DNA of 64,000 bases, from positions 11,629 to 75,628 of the forward strand of contig JBBTVD010000020.1 of the NCBI GenBank assembly GCA_038063415.1, in the 5' to 3' direction. Origin of the DNA: Patescibacteria group bacterium. GTDB lineage: Bacteria; Patescibacteriota; Microgenomatia; Levybacterales; UBA12049. This document shows positions 55,844 through 64,000 of the stretch, piece after piece; the stretch's first letter is position 1; every line of letters starts with the position of its first letter. A program made the position numbers and the translations under genes. The notes beneath the pieces were generated by a model. It searched no databases. It was not told the origin of the DNA and saw only the letters and a program-made list of their open reading frames with translations.

Positions 55844-56878
55844 TCAAAAAAGAGAACTTTCTTCCTCTTCCTGCTCTTTTTTGAATGCTTCATCAGCACA
55901 ATTGTTGCAAACGGGTTCTCCACAATGGCTACAATATTCAGGTTCTGTCGGATTAAGATCGGCCCCAGCCATCTCAAAGAGGGCATCATCAAGTGGTCGG
56001 AACGGCTTCATGCGTGCCTCTTTGTTTCTTTTGTCAAAGAGTTTGGTGATAAGCTCCTGTTGCTCAGGATAGCCATTTAAAAAGTCTTTGAACGTCATAA
56101 TCTTTTTTCCTTCTACCTGCAATTTCCCCCCAGGAAAGAATTTCACTATTTTTTCTTCATCAGTAAGCAAGAGCTTTGTCCAGACAATTGGCCAGGGGTA
56201 ATACGCCCTGATCATTCGATCAAGTTGTTTTGGAGATGGGGGGTTTATCACATCAATAAAACTGTCTTTTTTGGTGAATTGTTTTGTGTAGGTCGCTTGT
56301 GATGCATCTTGTACTGTTGGTTTGGCGGTACCTTTTATATAATCCTGTATGATTGGGATGATGATCTCTCCACCGATTTGATTGAGTACTCTAAGAAGAG
56401 AATCGGTTGTTTCATCAGGTTTTACTGCATATTCCTGTTGCGTCAAAATTGCTCCAGCATCGACTTTTTTGGCCATGGTAATAACACTTACTCCGGTCTT
56501 TTTCTCTCCTGCAAGTATCGCTGATGGGGCAGGGGAAGCACCTCTATACTTGGGAAGTAAAGAATGGTGAATATTAAGACTCGCATATTTGGGGAGCTCA
56601 AGGAGTTTTTCGGGTAAAATGAGGCCATAATCTTCGACAATAAGAAAATCTGGTTGAAGTATCGCGAGGTTTTGAATGGTCGCATCATCCAGCTTATTGA
56701 TCATAAAGAGCGTCAGACCTTGTTCTTCGGCAAATGAACGGAGAGGATTTGGTGTACTGTTGCCTCGTTTGTCAGGTCGGTCGGGAAGGGTGACAACGGC
56801 CGAGAGTCCAATCTTGTCATGAAGAATTCGTGCACCGATAAGGGAATATTTACTGCTACCAAAAAAAATAATATTCAT
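55844..56878 (-). CDS. fmt: methionyl-tRNA formyltransferase with a C-terminal CxxC...CxxC extension
   Basis: 'NIHHSLLPKYRGASP' is the formyltransferase signature. The extra C-terminal ~60 aa end in 'CSHCGEPVCNNC'. Confidence 0.85.
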   Translation of the reverse strand: MNIIFFGSSKYSLIGARILHDKIGLSAVVTLPDRPDKRGNSTPNPLRSFAEEQGLTLFMINKLDDATIQNLAILQPDFLIVEDYGLILPEKLLELPKYASLNIHHSLLPKYRGASPAPSAILAGEKKTGVSVITMAKKVDAGAILTQQEYAVKPDETTDSLLRVLNQIGGEIIIPIIQDYIKGTAKPTVQDASQATYTKQFTKKDSFIDVINPPSPKQLDRMIRAYYPWPIVWTKLLLTDEEKIVKFFPGGKLQVEGKKIMTFKDFLNGYPEQQELITKLFDKRNKEARMKPFRPLDDALFEMAGADLNPTEPEYCSHCGEPVCNNCADEAFKKEQEEEESSLF

Positions 56879-56889
56879 AGTTGATTAAA

Positions 56890-56959
56890 CGTCATTGCGA
56901 AGAGCGAAGCGACGAAGCAATCTCTTATGAGGATCGCCACGCTTCGTCCGCGATGACGG
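56890..56959. repeat. palindromic mini-element copy 2 (intergenic, between def and fmt)
   Basis: 'cgtcattgcgaagagcgaagcgacgaagcaatctcttatgaggatcgccacgcttcgtccgcgatgacgg' shares its arms and internal blocks with 32399..32472. Confidence 0.7.
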
Positions 56960-57523
56960 TTACAAAGTGATCTCTTCAAATGCTGTTTCTCCCTCTGCAT
57001 TTTTTCGTGAACGATAGAGATGATTATGTTGCTCAAAAACTCTTTTGGGAAAGAGAATTCCTTCAAGGTGGTCGCATTCGTGTTGAATGATGGTTGCCAA
57101 AAAGCCATCAAATGTTTTTTTATGCTGTTCACCTGTCTCATCCTGATAAGAGAGGATAACCCCATGGGCTCTTTTGACTACTCCCCAAATGTCCTGAATA
57201 GAAAGGCATCCCTCAAGCTGTACTCCTTTTTTATTTTTCGTTTTTGTTTTCCCTCCATGTACCTCATGTGGCGCTTGCATCCTCGATTCAATTTTGGGAT
57301 TAATAAAGGTAAGCAAGGGAGATTTAGGACTCTGTTTTACGATAAAAATTTGCACTGCTTTGCCGACCTGTGGGGCTGCAAGTCCAACGCCCTCAGGATC
57401 TTGTGCACTAAGAAGTGTTTCCTCCATCTCACGTAGCAGATCTCGAATGCGCTTATCAATGCTCGTTACGGGTTTTGCTTTTTGTGACAAGACTTTATTT
57501 GGTGATTGAACTATCGATAACAT
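56960..57523 (-). CDS. def: peptide deformylase
   Basis: Motifs 'GVGLAAPQVG', 'EGCLS' and 'QHECDHLEG'. Confidence 0.9.
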   Translation of the reverse strand: MLSIVQSPNKVLSQKAKPVTSIDKRIRDLLREMEETLLSAQDPEGVGLAAPQVGKAVQIFIVKQSPKSPLLTFINPKIESRMQAPHEVHGGKTKTKNKKGVQLEGCLSIQDIWGVVKRAHGVILSYQDETGEQHKKTFDGFLATIIQHECDHLEGILFPKRVFEQHNHLYRSRKNAEGETAFEEITL

Positions 57524-57537
57524 ACTGGGTATTATAC

Positions 57538-59805
57538 TTATTTATCTTCCCATGTGGCAAGTGACTCTTTCACTTCAGCATCGTTGGGGTTAATCTCCTC
57601 AAGGATATACTGATAGGTCTCAATTGCTTTTTGGTTAAGTTCGGGGTTTGTGACATTCTCACTGTCGTCAACGGCTAGCTCTCGGTAGAAAAGTCCAAGT
57701 GCATAATAAGCATCCCGATAGTCAGGTTTCACTGTAACTGTTTTTTGCAGCAGTTCGAGCGCCTTCTCCTGATTTCCTGTTTGTCCGAGCAGCACCGCAT
57801 AGTTATACATTATTTTTGCATCATTGGGTGCAAGCTCGTATGCCTTTTCGATTGCTTGCAGTGCATTTGTCAGATATACTTGTTGGTTTTGTGGATCTCC
57901 TTGAGCGAGTGTGTAAAAGAGACGTACTCTGTTTTTCCAGTAGACGACGTTATTAGGATGCTTCATGACGACTTGATCGCTGAGTCGGATAGCTTCCTTA
58001 CTGAGTGCTTGGGCAGTGGTAGCATCTTTTTGCATATACAGCGCAGTTGCCAATGTTGCGAGAGCGATAGACAGTTCATCGCTATACACTGGTTCATTTG
58101 TTTCTGTTTGCGTAGCTTGGGTCAAGAGAGAGTAGGCTTCTTGCGGGCTACCTGCTTTATTGAGGTTTGCCCCAAGAGCATAAGAAATATCAGCAAACCA
58201 ATAACGAGTTAATCCGATAATCATTGATCCCACAAAGATCATAAGGATAACAATTGCTGTCCATTGGTAGGCGTTTAAATCACTGCCACGTTTTGTTGTT
58301 TCTTCGCCAAAAACATACTGTAATTTATTTTCTGCAACAATTTTGCCAGCAAGAATAAGCATCCAAGCAGGAAAAAGAAAGAAGAAGAGATTAATAATCA
58401 CAACCGAAAAGCCAAAGAAGTTAGAAACCAAAATCGCAACAAATCCTGCTACAAGACCAAGAATGAGTAGATTAGCTGTAAGCAGTGAAGTGTCTTTGCT
58501 ATCTTCATAAAGCAATTTCTTGGTACGGATTCGTTTAATGAACCAAAGCACTGTCTGAAAAAGGAAGAAAACAATAATGGAGAGATAGGTGAGGAGTCCA
58601 AAAACCCCTGTAGTTGTCAAATAGTTAAGGTATTCGTTGTGTGCTTTGTTATAGAGGAAATCCCATTCAGACGTAAGGTTATGCTCTGCCGGTTTGTGTT
58701 TGTAATAGGCAAAAGCAAAGGTTTCGACCCCCGTTCCAAAGAGCGGACTACTTTTCCAAGCGTCAATAGCTCCTTGCCAGACGAGTAAACGAATCTTTCC
58801 TGAGTCGGTAATATTGACGCCACTGATACTATCAAGAGGTGCTTGCTGTTCTATCTCGACTTTTTGTTCAGAAGTTGTTGTCTGTGCAACTGGCATTTGT
58901 TGTTTCGTTAGTTCGTTCAGGGTAAAGCTATTCCAACTGCCAACTGGCATACCAAAGAAGAAACTTGAACTTGCGAGAAGTAAATGAAACGCTAGCCCGT
59001 AAACAAGAACTTTCTTCCAGGGGGAAAATTTGGCAAAAAGAAAGCCACCCCAAAAGACAACGTCAGCAGCAAAGAAAGAGAGAAATCCTGCTCGAGTGTT
59101 GGCAAAAACAATACTTATATAAAAAAGGACGGTGAATCCAGCAAGAAGGGCAAATTTCCATTTGACCCCATTGATAAAGCTAAGTGTATAAGCAAGCGCT
59201 ACTGGAAGCAGTGCAGCCAGATATGCAGCAAGCCAAGCTGGCTGTCCAAGCGTTGAGAAGGTTCGTATGGTTGGTTTAAATGCTTCTGTCCAGCAGGAGG
59301 TATCAAACGTCCCTCGGAAGACAAAACAGGTTGGATCGGCTCCAAAGTGAGAAGGAATTCCCCAGAGAATAACACCAAATGCAGAAATCATCGTAAGCGC
59401 TATTGCGCGAATCGTTTGGCTTTTGTTAAGGTTAGTGACAAAGGCATAGTACAGAAAAATGTAACAGATACTAGACAGAAGTCCGCCATTAAAACGGGAG
59501 TAGTATCCCCACCAAGAGACATGTTGATCCATCGAAAAAATAGTTGCCGTGATCTGCGAAAGGAGAAATAGCAGCAGGGGAATATCAAAAAAGGTTCGTT
59601 GTATGACAATCTTTTTCTCCGCGATCATTTTGATACCCCAGGCTGCGAGGATAATTGCACTCATGCCAAACGTTAGCCACATCTTGTTAAATTCGAAGAG
59701 TTCTGAGGTGCTACCGTTGAAGGTGAGTGGGACGAGGAGGAGAAGTGTATAAAAGGAGAATGCAATTATTTTATTACAAAAAGGAATAAGCTTCATTTTT
59801 TTCAT
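57538..59805 (-). CDS. O-antigen ligase (Wzy_C)-like polytopic membrane protein with C-terminal TPR repeats
   Basis: More than 10 TM helices, a Wzy_C-like loop 'WQGAIDAWKSSPLFGTGVETFAFAYYKH', and a TPR-like C-terminus. The start is taken at 'MKKMKLIPF'; the ORF extends to 59925. Confidence 0.6.
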   Translation of the reverse strand: MKKMKLIPFCNKIIAFSFYTLLLLVPLTFNGSTSELFEFNKMWLTFGMSAIILAAWGIKMIAEKKIVIQRTFFDIPLLLFLLSQITATIFSMDQHVSWWGYYSRFNGGLLSSICYIFLYYAFVTNLNKSQTIRAIALTMISAFGVILWGIPSHFGADPTCFVFRGTFDTSCWTEAFKPTIRTFSTLGQPAWLAAYLAALLPVALAYTLSFINGVKWKFALLAGFTVLFYISIVFANTRAGFLSFFAADVVFWGGFLFAKFSPWKKVLVYGLAFHLLLASSSFFFGMPVGSWNSFTLNELTKQQMPVAQTTTSEQKVEIEQQAPLDSISGVNITDSGKIRLLVWQGAIDAWKSSPLFGTGVETFAFAYYKHKPAEHNLTSEWDFLYNKAHNEYLNYLTTTGVFGLLTYLSIIVFFLFQTVLWFIKRIRTKKLLYEDSKDTSLLTANLLILGLVAGFVAILVSNFFGFSVVIINLFFFLFPAWMLILAGKIVAENKLQYVFGEETTKRGSDLNAYQWTAIVILMIFVGSMIIGLTRYWFADISYALGANLNKAGSPQEAYSLLTQATQTETNEPVYSDELSIALATLATALYMQKDATTAQALSKEAIRLSDQVVMKHPNNVVYWKNRVRLFYTLAQGDPQNQQVYLTNALQAIEKAYELAPNDAKIMYNYAVLLGQTGNQEKALELLQKTVTVKPDYRDAYYALGLFYRELAVDDSENVTNPELNQKAIETYQYILEEINPNDAEVKESLATWEDK

Positions 59806-59928
59806 CCTATCATATTGGCAAACGGTGGGCAAGCTGGTAGAATGAACAGGCTTGGTACGAGGAGGGATCACTGCTTTTTCGTTCGCGAATAAAATTTTTT
59901 CCGGGCGTAACTCACTTCGCTCCACTCT

Positions 59929-61035
59929 ATGAAAATACTCAACAAATTTTTTAGCCTTTTCTCACATGACATTGGTATTGATTTGGGAACTGCAAATACC
60001 TTGGTTTTTGTACGGGGTAAAGGTATTGTTATCCGTGAACCATCCGTCGTTGCGCGTCATAAGAAAACCAAACAGATTCTTGCCATTGGAACCGAAGCCA
60101 AAAAAATGCTTGGTAAGACGCCGGCTTCGATTATTACTGTCCGGCCTCTTCGCGGGGGAGTCATTGCAGATTTTGATGCGACTCAAGCAATGATTGAGCA
60201 TTACATCAAACAAGTGCACGAAATGGGGAATCCTCTGACTACGATGCTTGCCCGCCCAAAAGTAGTTATCGGGATTCCCTCAGCGGTAACTGAAGTAGAA
60301 CGAAGAGCTGTGTGGGAGGCTGCACTTGGTGCTGGAGCCCGGGAAGCATATCTCATTGAAGAGCCAATGGCTGGAGCGATAGGCGAGGGGATTTCTGTTT
60401 TCCAGTCAAAAGGAGTAATGGTTGTCGATATTGGTGGTGGGACAACAGAAATTGCTGTCATTTCTCTCGGTGGCATTGTGGTTGGTCAATCCCTCAAAGT
60501 AGCAGGCGACGACATGGATCAGAGTATTTTGCACTACATTCGTTTGCGTCATGGACTCCTTCTTGGAGAACGAACTGCTGAAGAAATCAAATTAAAAGTA
60601 GGTAGTGCCTATGAAAGAAGGGGAAAGGGGAAAGGGGAAAAGGGAAAGGAAGATGAACGTGAAAAGGAAAAGACGGAAAAATCAATGATCGTACGAGGGA
60701 GATATCTGGAAACAGGTCTTCCCAAAAGTATTCGAATTACTGAAGCCGAAATACGGGAAGCATTAACCCCTATCCTGACGCAAATTATCCAAGGGGTAGC
60801 AGATGTGCTTGAAGAAACGCCACCTGAACTGATTCCCGATATTCTTGAACATGGTATTCTTCTTACCGGTGGTGGTGCAAATCTTTCTGGGCTAGATCAA
60901 TTGCTCGTTGAGCGAGTACATATGCCAGTAGTTGTGTCGAGTGATCCTCTTACTTCTGTAGTACGGGGAACCGGTCGAGTGCTTGAGCGTGAAGATTTGC
61001 TTGAAAAAGTACGGGTTATTGGAGGGTTAAAATAA
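59929..61035 (+). CDS. mreB: rod-shape-determining protein MreB with a ~30-aa K/E/G-rich insertion
   Basis: 'GIDLGTANTLVFVRGKGIVIREPSVVA', 'MVVDIGGGTTEIAVISLGG'. Insert 'RRGKGKGEKGKEDEREKEKTEKS'. Confidence 0.85.
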   Translation: MKILNKFFSLFSHDIGIDLGTANTLVFVRGKGIVIREPSVVARHKKTKQILAIGTEAKKMLGKTPASIITVRPLRGGVIADFDATQAMIEHYIKQVHEMGNPLTTMLARPKVVIGIPSAVTEVERRAVWEAALGAGAREAYLIEEPMAGAIGEGISVFQSKGVMVVDIGGGTTEIAVISLGGIVVGQSLKVAGDDMDQSILHYIRLRHGLLLGERTAEEIKLKVGSAYERRGKGKGEKGKEDEREKEKTEKSMIVRGRYLETGLPKSIRITEAEIREALTPILTQIIQGVADVLEETPPELIPDILEHGILLTGGGANLSGLDQLLVERVHMPVVVSSDPLTSVVRGTGRVLEREDLLEKVRVIGGLK

Positions 61036-61040
61036 AGATA

Positions 61041-61958
61041 ATGAAAAAGAAAAAAGAACAAAAATCATCGCTTATTCAGATAGAAACTTCTGATGGACTA
61101 ACCCTTCCGGGGATATTCTATGAAGTTCCTCAGTCAAAAAAAGCAGCTATTTTTTTACATGGTAACGGAAGCGCGTCGGTATTTTATAAAGATGATTTTC
61201 GGGGAGGACAAGCAAAAGCTTTACAGGCACAAAGTATTGCTACATTATTATTTAATAACCGTGGAGCACACTATATAAAAAGTCTTCATGTGAAAAAAAA
61301 GAATGGGGAAGAAGAACGGGAATTATTTGGGATGACTTTTGAAAAGATTAAGGATTGTGTGTTTGATATTGACGCAGCGGTTACCTTTCTCAAGAAGCTT
61401 GGATACACCGAATTTTACCTCGTTGGTGAATCAACGGGAGCAAATAAAATTTGTGTGTATGATCACTACAAAAAAGATAATCTCATTGCTAAGTATATCT
61501 TGCTCGGAGGAGGGGATGATACCGGAATTTACTACGATATCCTTGGAAAAGAGTGCTTTAATCGTCTCCTAAAAGAAGCAAAAGAAAAAATTGCACAGAA
61601 AAAAGGGAAAGAGCTAATCGCCGAGTTATTGCCTGATGATTTTTTCTCGTATCAGGCTTTTTATGATACGGCAAATCCTGATGGAGACTATAATACGTTT
61701 CCTTTTCTGGAAGCATTGCGCGGGGTAAAGCTTTCTCAGAAGAAAAGGTTCCGTTATTTTCAAGCAATTAGGAAACCAACACTTGTTGTCTATGGTGAAA
61801 GCGATCAATATCTTTGGGGAGAGTTACCACGAATTATTTCGATACTGCGAGAAAAACAACCTGATGCCACGTATGCTACCATCCCGAATGCCGATCATGG
61901 TTTATCGGGTCATCAAAAAGAAGTCGGGAAGCTTATTGCACAGTGGCTTAGCAAATAA
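61041..61958 (+). CDS. alpha/beta-hydrolase-fold protein (GxSxG 'GESTG')
   Basis: 'FLHGNGSAS', nucleophile elbow 'LVGESTGAN', C-terminal 'NADHGLSGH'. It lies between mreB and mreC. Confidence 0.5.
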   Translation: MKKKKEQKSSLIQIETSDGLTLPGIFYEVPQSKKAAIFLHGNGSASVFYKDDFRGGQAKALQAQSIATLLFNNRGAHYIKSLHVKKKNGEEERELFGMTFEKIKDCVFDIDAAVTFLKKLGYTEFYLVGESTGANKICVYDHYKKDNLIAKYILLGGGDDTGIYYDILGKECFNRLLKEAKEKIAQKKGKELIAELLPDDFFSYQAFYDTANPDGDYNTFPFLEALRGVKLSQKKRFRYFQAIRKPTLVVYGESDQYLWGELPRIISILREKQPDATYATIPNADHGLSGHQKEVGKLIAQWLSK

Positions 61959-62138
61959 AGCAAAATCCCCATAGCACAGACAAACTACGGGGATTTATTT
62001 CTATCACTTCTGATCAGAAAAAGATAGTAAAACAACTATAGAAAAAAGACGTGAGAATAAAATAGGAAGTATGTAAGGATCGCGCAAGAAACTTCGACTC
62101 AGGTTGCCAGGAGGTGGCAAAGAGGCTACAATAGCCCT

Positions 62139-62924
62139 ATGCAACAGCGTGTTAGCTTTATTCGTTTTTTTCTCCTTTTTTTCTTCCTTTCTCTTAGTGT
62201 TTTTCTCCTTGCACGGATAGGTGTGCTTACCCCAATAACAGGCTTTTTTGAACAGGGGACAACTTCTCTACAAAAAGGAATGTTTGGTTTTTCTCATACG
62301 ACAGAAAAGTCTGATGAAATAACACTTCTTAAAGAAGAAAACAGAAAATTACGGACACAACTCGTCCAACAGAGCGAACTAAAAAAGGAAAATGAAGCAT
62401 TTCGTGATCAATTTGCAAAGACAACACTTCCAGCGAAAAAACTTATCCCGGCAACAGTTATTGGATTGTTAGAGTTCATCCCTGGAGAGTCAGTCAGTAC
62501 AAAGATGGTAATTGACAAGGGGAGTGCTGATGGTATTATCGTCGGAGACGTTGTTGTCTCTGAAGAGAATCTTTTGGGACGTGTGCAGCAAGCGTCTGTA
62601 CACCTCTCTATCGTTAGCCTGATTAGCAATCATGACAGTGTGATTACTGCTAAAACTCAGAAGACCAACGCTCTTGGCCTTATACAAGGGCAAGATAGCC
62701 CCAGCTTGCTCCTTGGTAATGTCATCCTCTCTGATAAGCTGGAAAAAAATGAGTTGGTTTTGACCAAAGGAGACGTTGATCAAAAAGGCGAGGGATACCC
62801 TCCTGATCTTATCATTGGCAAAATTGTTTCAGTAAATAAAAAAGCGAGTGATCTTTTCCAAGGAGCACAAGTGCAAAGTTTGGTTGATTTCTTAACATTA
62901 GAAACGGTTTTTATACTAAAGTAA
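62139..62924 (+). CDS. mreC: rod-shape-determining protein MreC
   Basis: N-terminal TM, a coiled-coil 'LKEENRKLRTQLVQQSELKKENEAFRDQ', then a beta domain. It sits between the hydrolase and mreD. Confidence 0.7.
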   Translation: MQQRVSFIRFFLLFFFLSLSVFLLARIGVLTPITGFFEQGTTSLQKGMFGFSHTTEKSDEITLLKEENRKLRTQLVQQSELKKENEAFRDQFAKTTLPAKKLIPATVIGLLEFIPGESVSTKMVIDKGSADGIIVGDVVVSEENLLGRVQQASVHLSIVSLISNHDSVITAKTQKTNALGLIQGQDSPSLLLGNVILSDKLEKNELVLTKGDVDQKGEGYPPDLIIGKIVSVNKKASDLFQGAQVQSLVDFLTLETVFILK

Positions 62925-62927
62925 ATT

Positions 62928-63350
62928 TTGAAAATAAAGAATATGTTTATTTTTCTTCTTATTTTTCTCTTCATGAGCATCTTTCTTGAAGGTACGGTTA
63001 CAACCATGCCATTAGTTCTCATAACGCTGATTCTTGCAAGCATTTACTTTCGAGATTGGCGGGTATTTCCTTTGGCATTCTTCAGTGGTATGGTTTTGGA
63101 CATTTTTACCTTTAGGATAGGTGGATCTTCAAGCATCTTCTTTCTCTGTTGTGTCTTTTTGATACTTTTGTACCAACGAAAGTATGAAATACAAACAGTA
63201 TATTTTGTTGCTGTTGCTTCTTTTATCGCAGCTTTTTTGTACCTACTGCTTTTTGGATATGATGATAGCTTGCTGCAAGCCCTTGCCAGTGCTATAACAG
63301 GGGTAGTTATATTCACACTGCTGCAATATGTTCTGCGTAAAAAACACTAA
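62928..63350 (+). CDS. mreD: rod-shape-determining protein MreD (membrane)
   Basis: 140-aa 4-5 TM protein directly after mreC. Confidence 0.55.
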   Translation: MKIKNMFIFLLIFLFMSIFLEGTVTTMPLVLITLILASIYFRDWRVFPLAFFSGMVLDIFTFRIGGSSSIFFLCCVFLILLYQRKYEIQTVYFVAVASFIAAFLYLLLFGYDDSLLQALASAITGVVIFTLLQYVLRKKH

Positions 63351-63353
63351 CCT

Positions 63354-64000
63354 ATGAAACCTGGACTCGCTTTTGGTGATCATATTAGAACAGAAAAAAT
63401 AAAACGACGTCATTATCGGGATGACTCAATCTCTGAAATGCCGTTGCGATTTCGTGGATTTTTATTTCCTGTAGTATTGGTGTTATTTGGTTTGCTCCTT
63501 TTGGGGAAACTTTTTTCGTTGCAAGTCGTTCACGGGGGAAAATATCAAACCCTTGCTGATTCCAATAGAATTCGTGCACAAGTTATTGGTGCTCCCCGAG
63601 GTGTTATTTTTGATAGACATGGATCGCCACTTGTTTACAATATTCCAGGATTCCGTCGTACCACATTTGATAAAAAGACTGGTGAAGTACGAGAAACCGA
63701 AGTAATACAAGCAGAAGAAGCGTTGGCTCAGATTGCAAAAGGCGATCATACAATTTCTGTTGATTCACTGCGAGAATATCCGTATAAAGACGCGATGAGT
63801 CATATTCTTGGCTATATTGGGCAAATTTCAGCTGAGGAGATAAAAACAGCTTCTTTTGTTGGCTATCCTTCAGATGCATGGATCGGTAAAAGTGGTATTG
63901 AAAAAGAATATGAACATGTTCTCAGGGGAGAAAACGGGCAACAACTAATTGAAGTAGACGCGATGGGCAAAAAAGTTCGCGCTTTAGGAGCATCAGATCC
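63354..64000 (+). CDS. mrdA: penicillin-binding protein 2 (peptidoglycan D,D-transpeptidase), N-terminal part; runs off the window
   Basis: Manual translation: 'MKPGLAFGDHIRTE...RGFLFPVVLVLFGLLLLGKLFSLQVVHGGKYQTLADSNRIRAQVIGAPRGVIFDRHGSPLVYN', the typical PBP2 N-terminus. It follows mreCD. Confidence 0.7.
   Translation, partial: MKPGLAFGDHIRTEKIKRRHYRDDSISEMPLRFRGFLFPVVLVLFGLLLLGKLFSLQVVHGGKYQTLADSNRIRAQVIGAPRGVIFDRHGSPLVYNIPGFRRTTFDKKTGEVRETEVIQAEEALAQIAKGDHTISVDSLREYPYKDAMSHILGYIGQISAEEIKTASFVGYPSDAWIGKSGIEKEYEHVLRGENGQQLIEVDAMGKKVRALGASD

Noticed and set aside
1-64000. CRISPR arrays, rRNA genes, tmRNA
   Set aside because: No short direct-repeat/spacer periodicity and no rRNA- or tmRNA-like conserved stretches were seen on either strand.

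Overview
This 64 kb window has low GC (about 40%) and looks bacterial, most likely from an uncultivated CPR/Patescibacteria-type lineage; that is an inference from composition and gene style. The cues are a 63-aa SecE, Lys-rich or extended ribosomal proteins (L1, L28), many Thr/Pro-rich secreted proteins with N-terminal anchors, an O-antigen-ligase/TPR protein and a MreB with a low-complexity insert.

Recognisable core genes are:
- secE-nusG-rplK-rplA
- rplJ-rplL
- rpmG and four tRNAs (Trp, Thr-GGU, Tyr, Thr-UGU)
- glmS and galU
- guaA
- def, fmt and rpmB
- mreB, mreC, mreD and the start of PBP2
- an M50 protease, a PAP2 phosphatase, an L,D-transpeptidase and two MFS-type transporters

The normally contiguous rpmG/tRNA-Trp, secE-nusG-rplKA and rplJL blocks are broken apart. 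About 5 kb of secreted-protein genes plus an IS481-family element lie between rplA and rplJ. About 36 kb lies between secE and tRNA-Trp.

Accessory content includes:
- a 955-aa protein with an N-terminal ParB-like nuclease domain, flanked by a duplicated excisionase-type HTH gene
- an IS1595-family transposase inactivated by a 1-nt frameshift
- an AbrB-type antitoxin with a Doc toxin
- GNAT acetyltransferases, one strongly AAC(6')-Ib-like
- a DNA-alkylation-repair gene carrying an in-frame palindromic mini-element, with a second copy of that element between def and fmt

The most unusual locus is at 40.3-48.5 kb. It is a tandem, near-identical 3.66 kb duplication offset by 4132 bp. Each unit has a membrane protein, a fusion of a degenerate helicase-like N-terminus with a sigma-70 region 4 HTH, a small protein and a class-II Fic gene. 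Around it, a 5'-flanking promoter-like repeat occurs five times and a 3'-flanking repeat occurs three times. One copy of the 3' repeat abuts tRNA-Trp.

The 246-nt glmS leader is a candidate glmS ribozyme. No CRISPR array and no rRNA were seen. All calls are from reading the sequence; no database search was possible.
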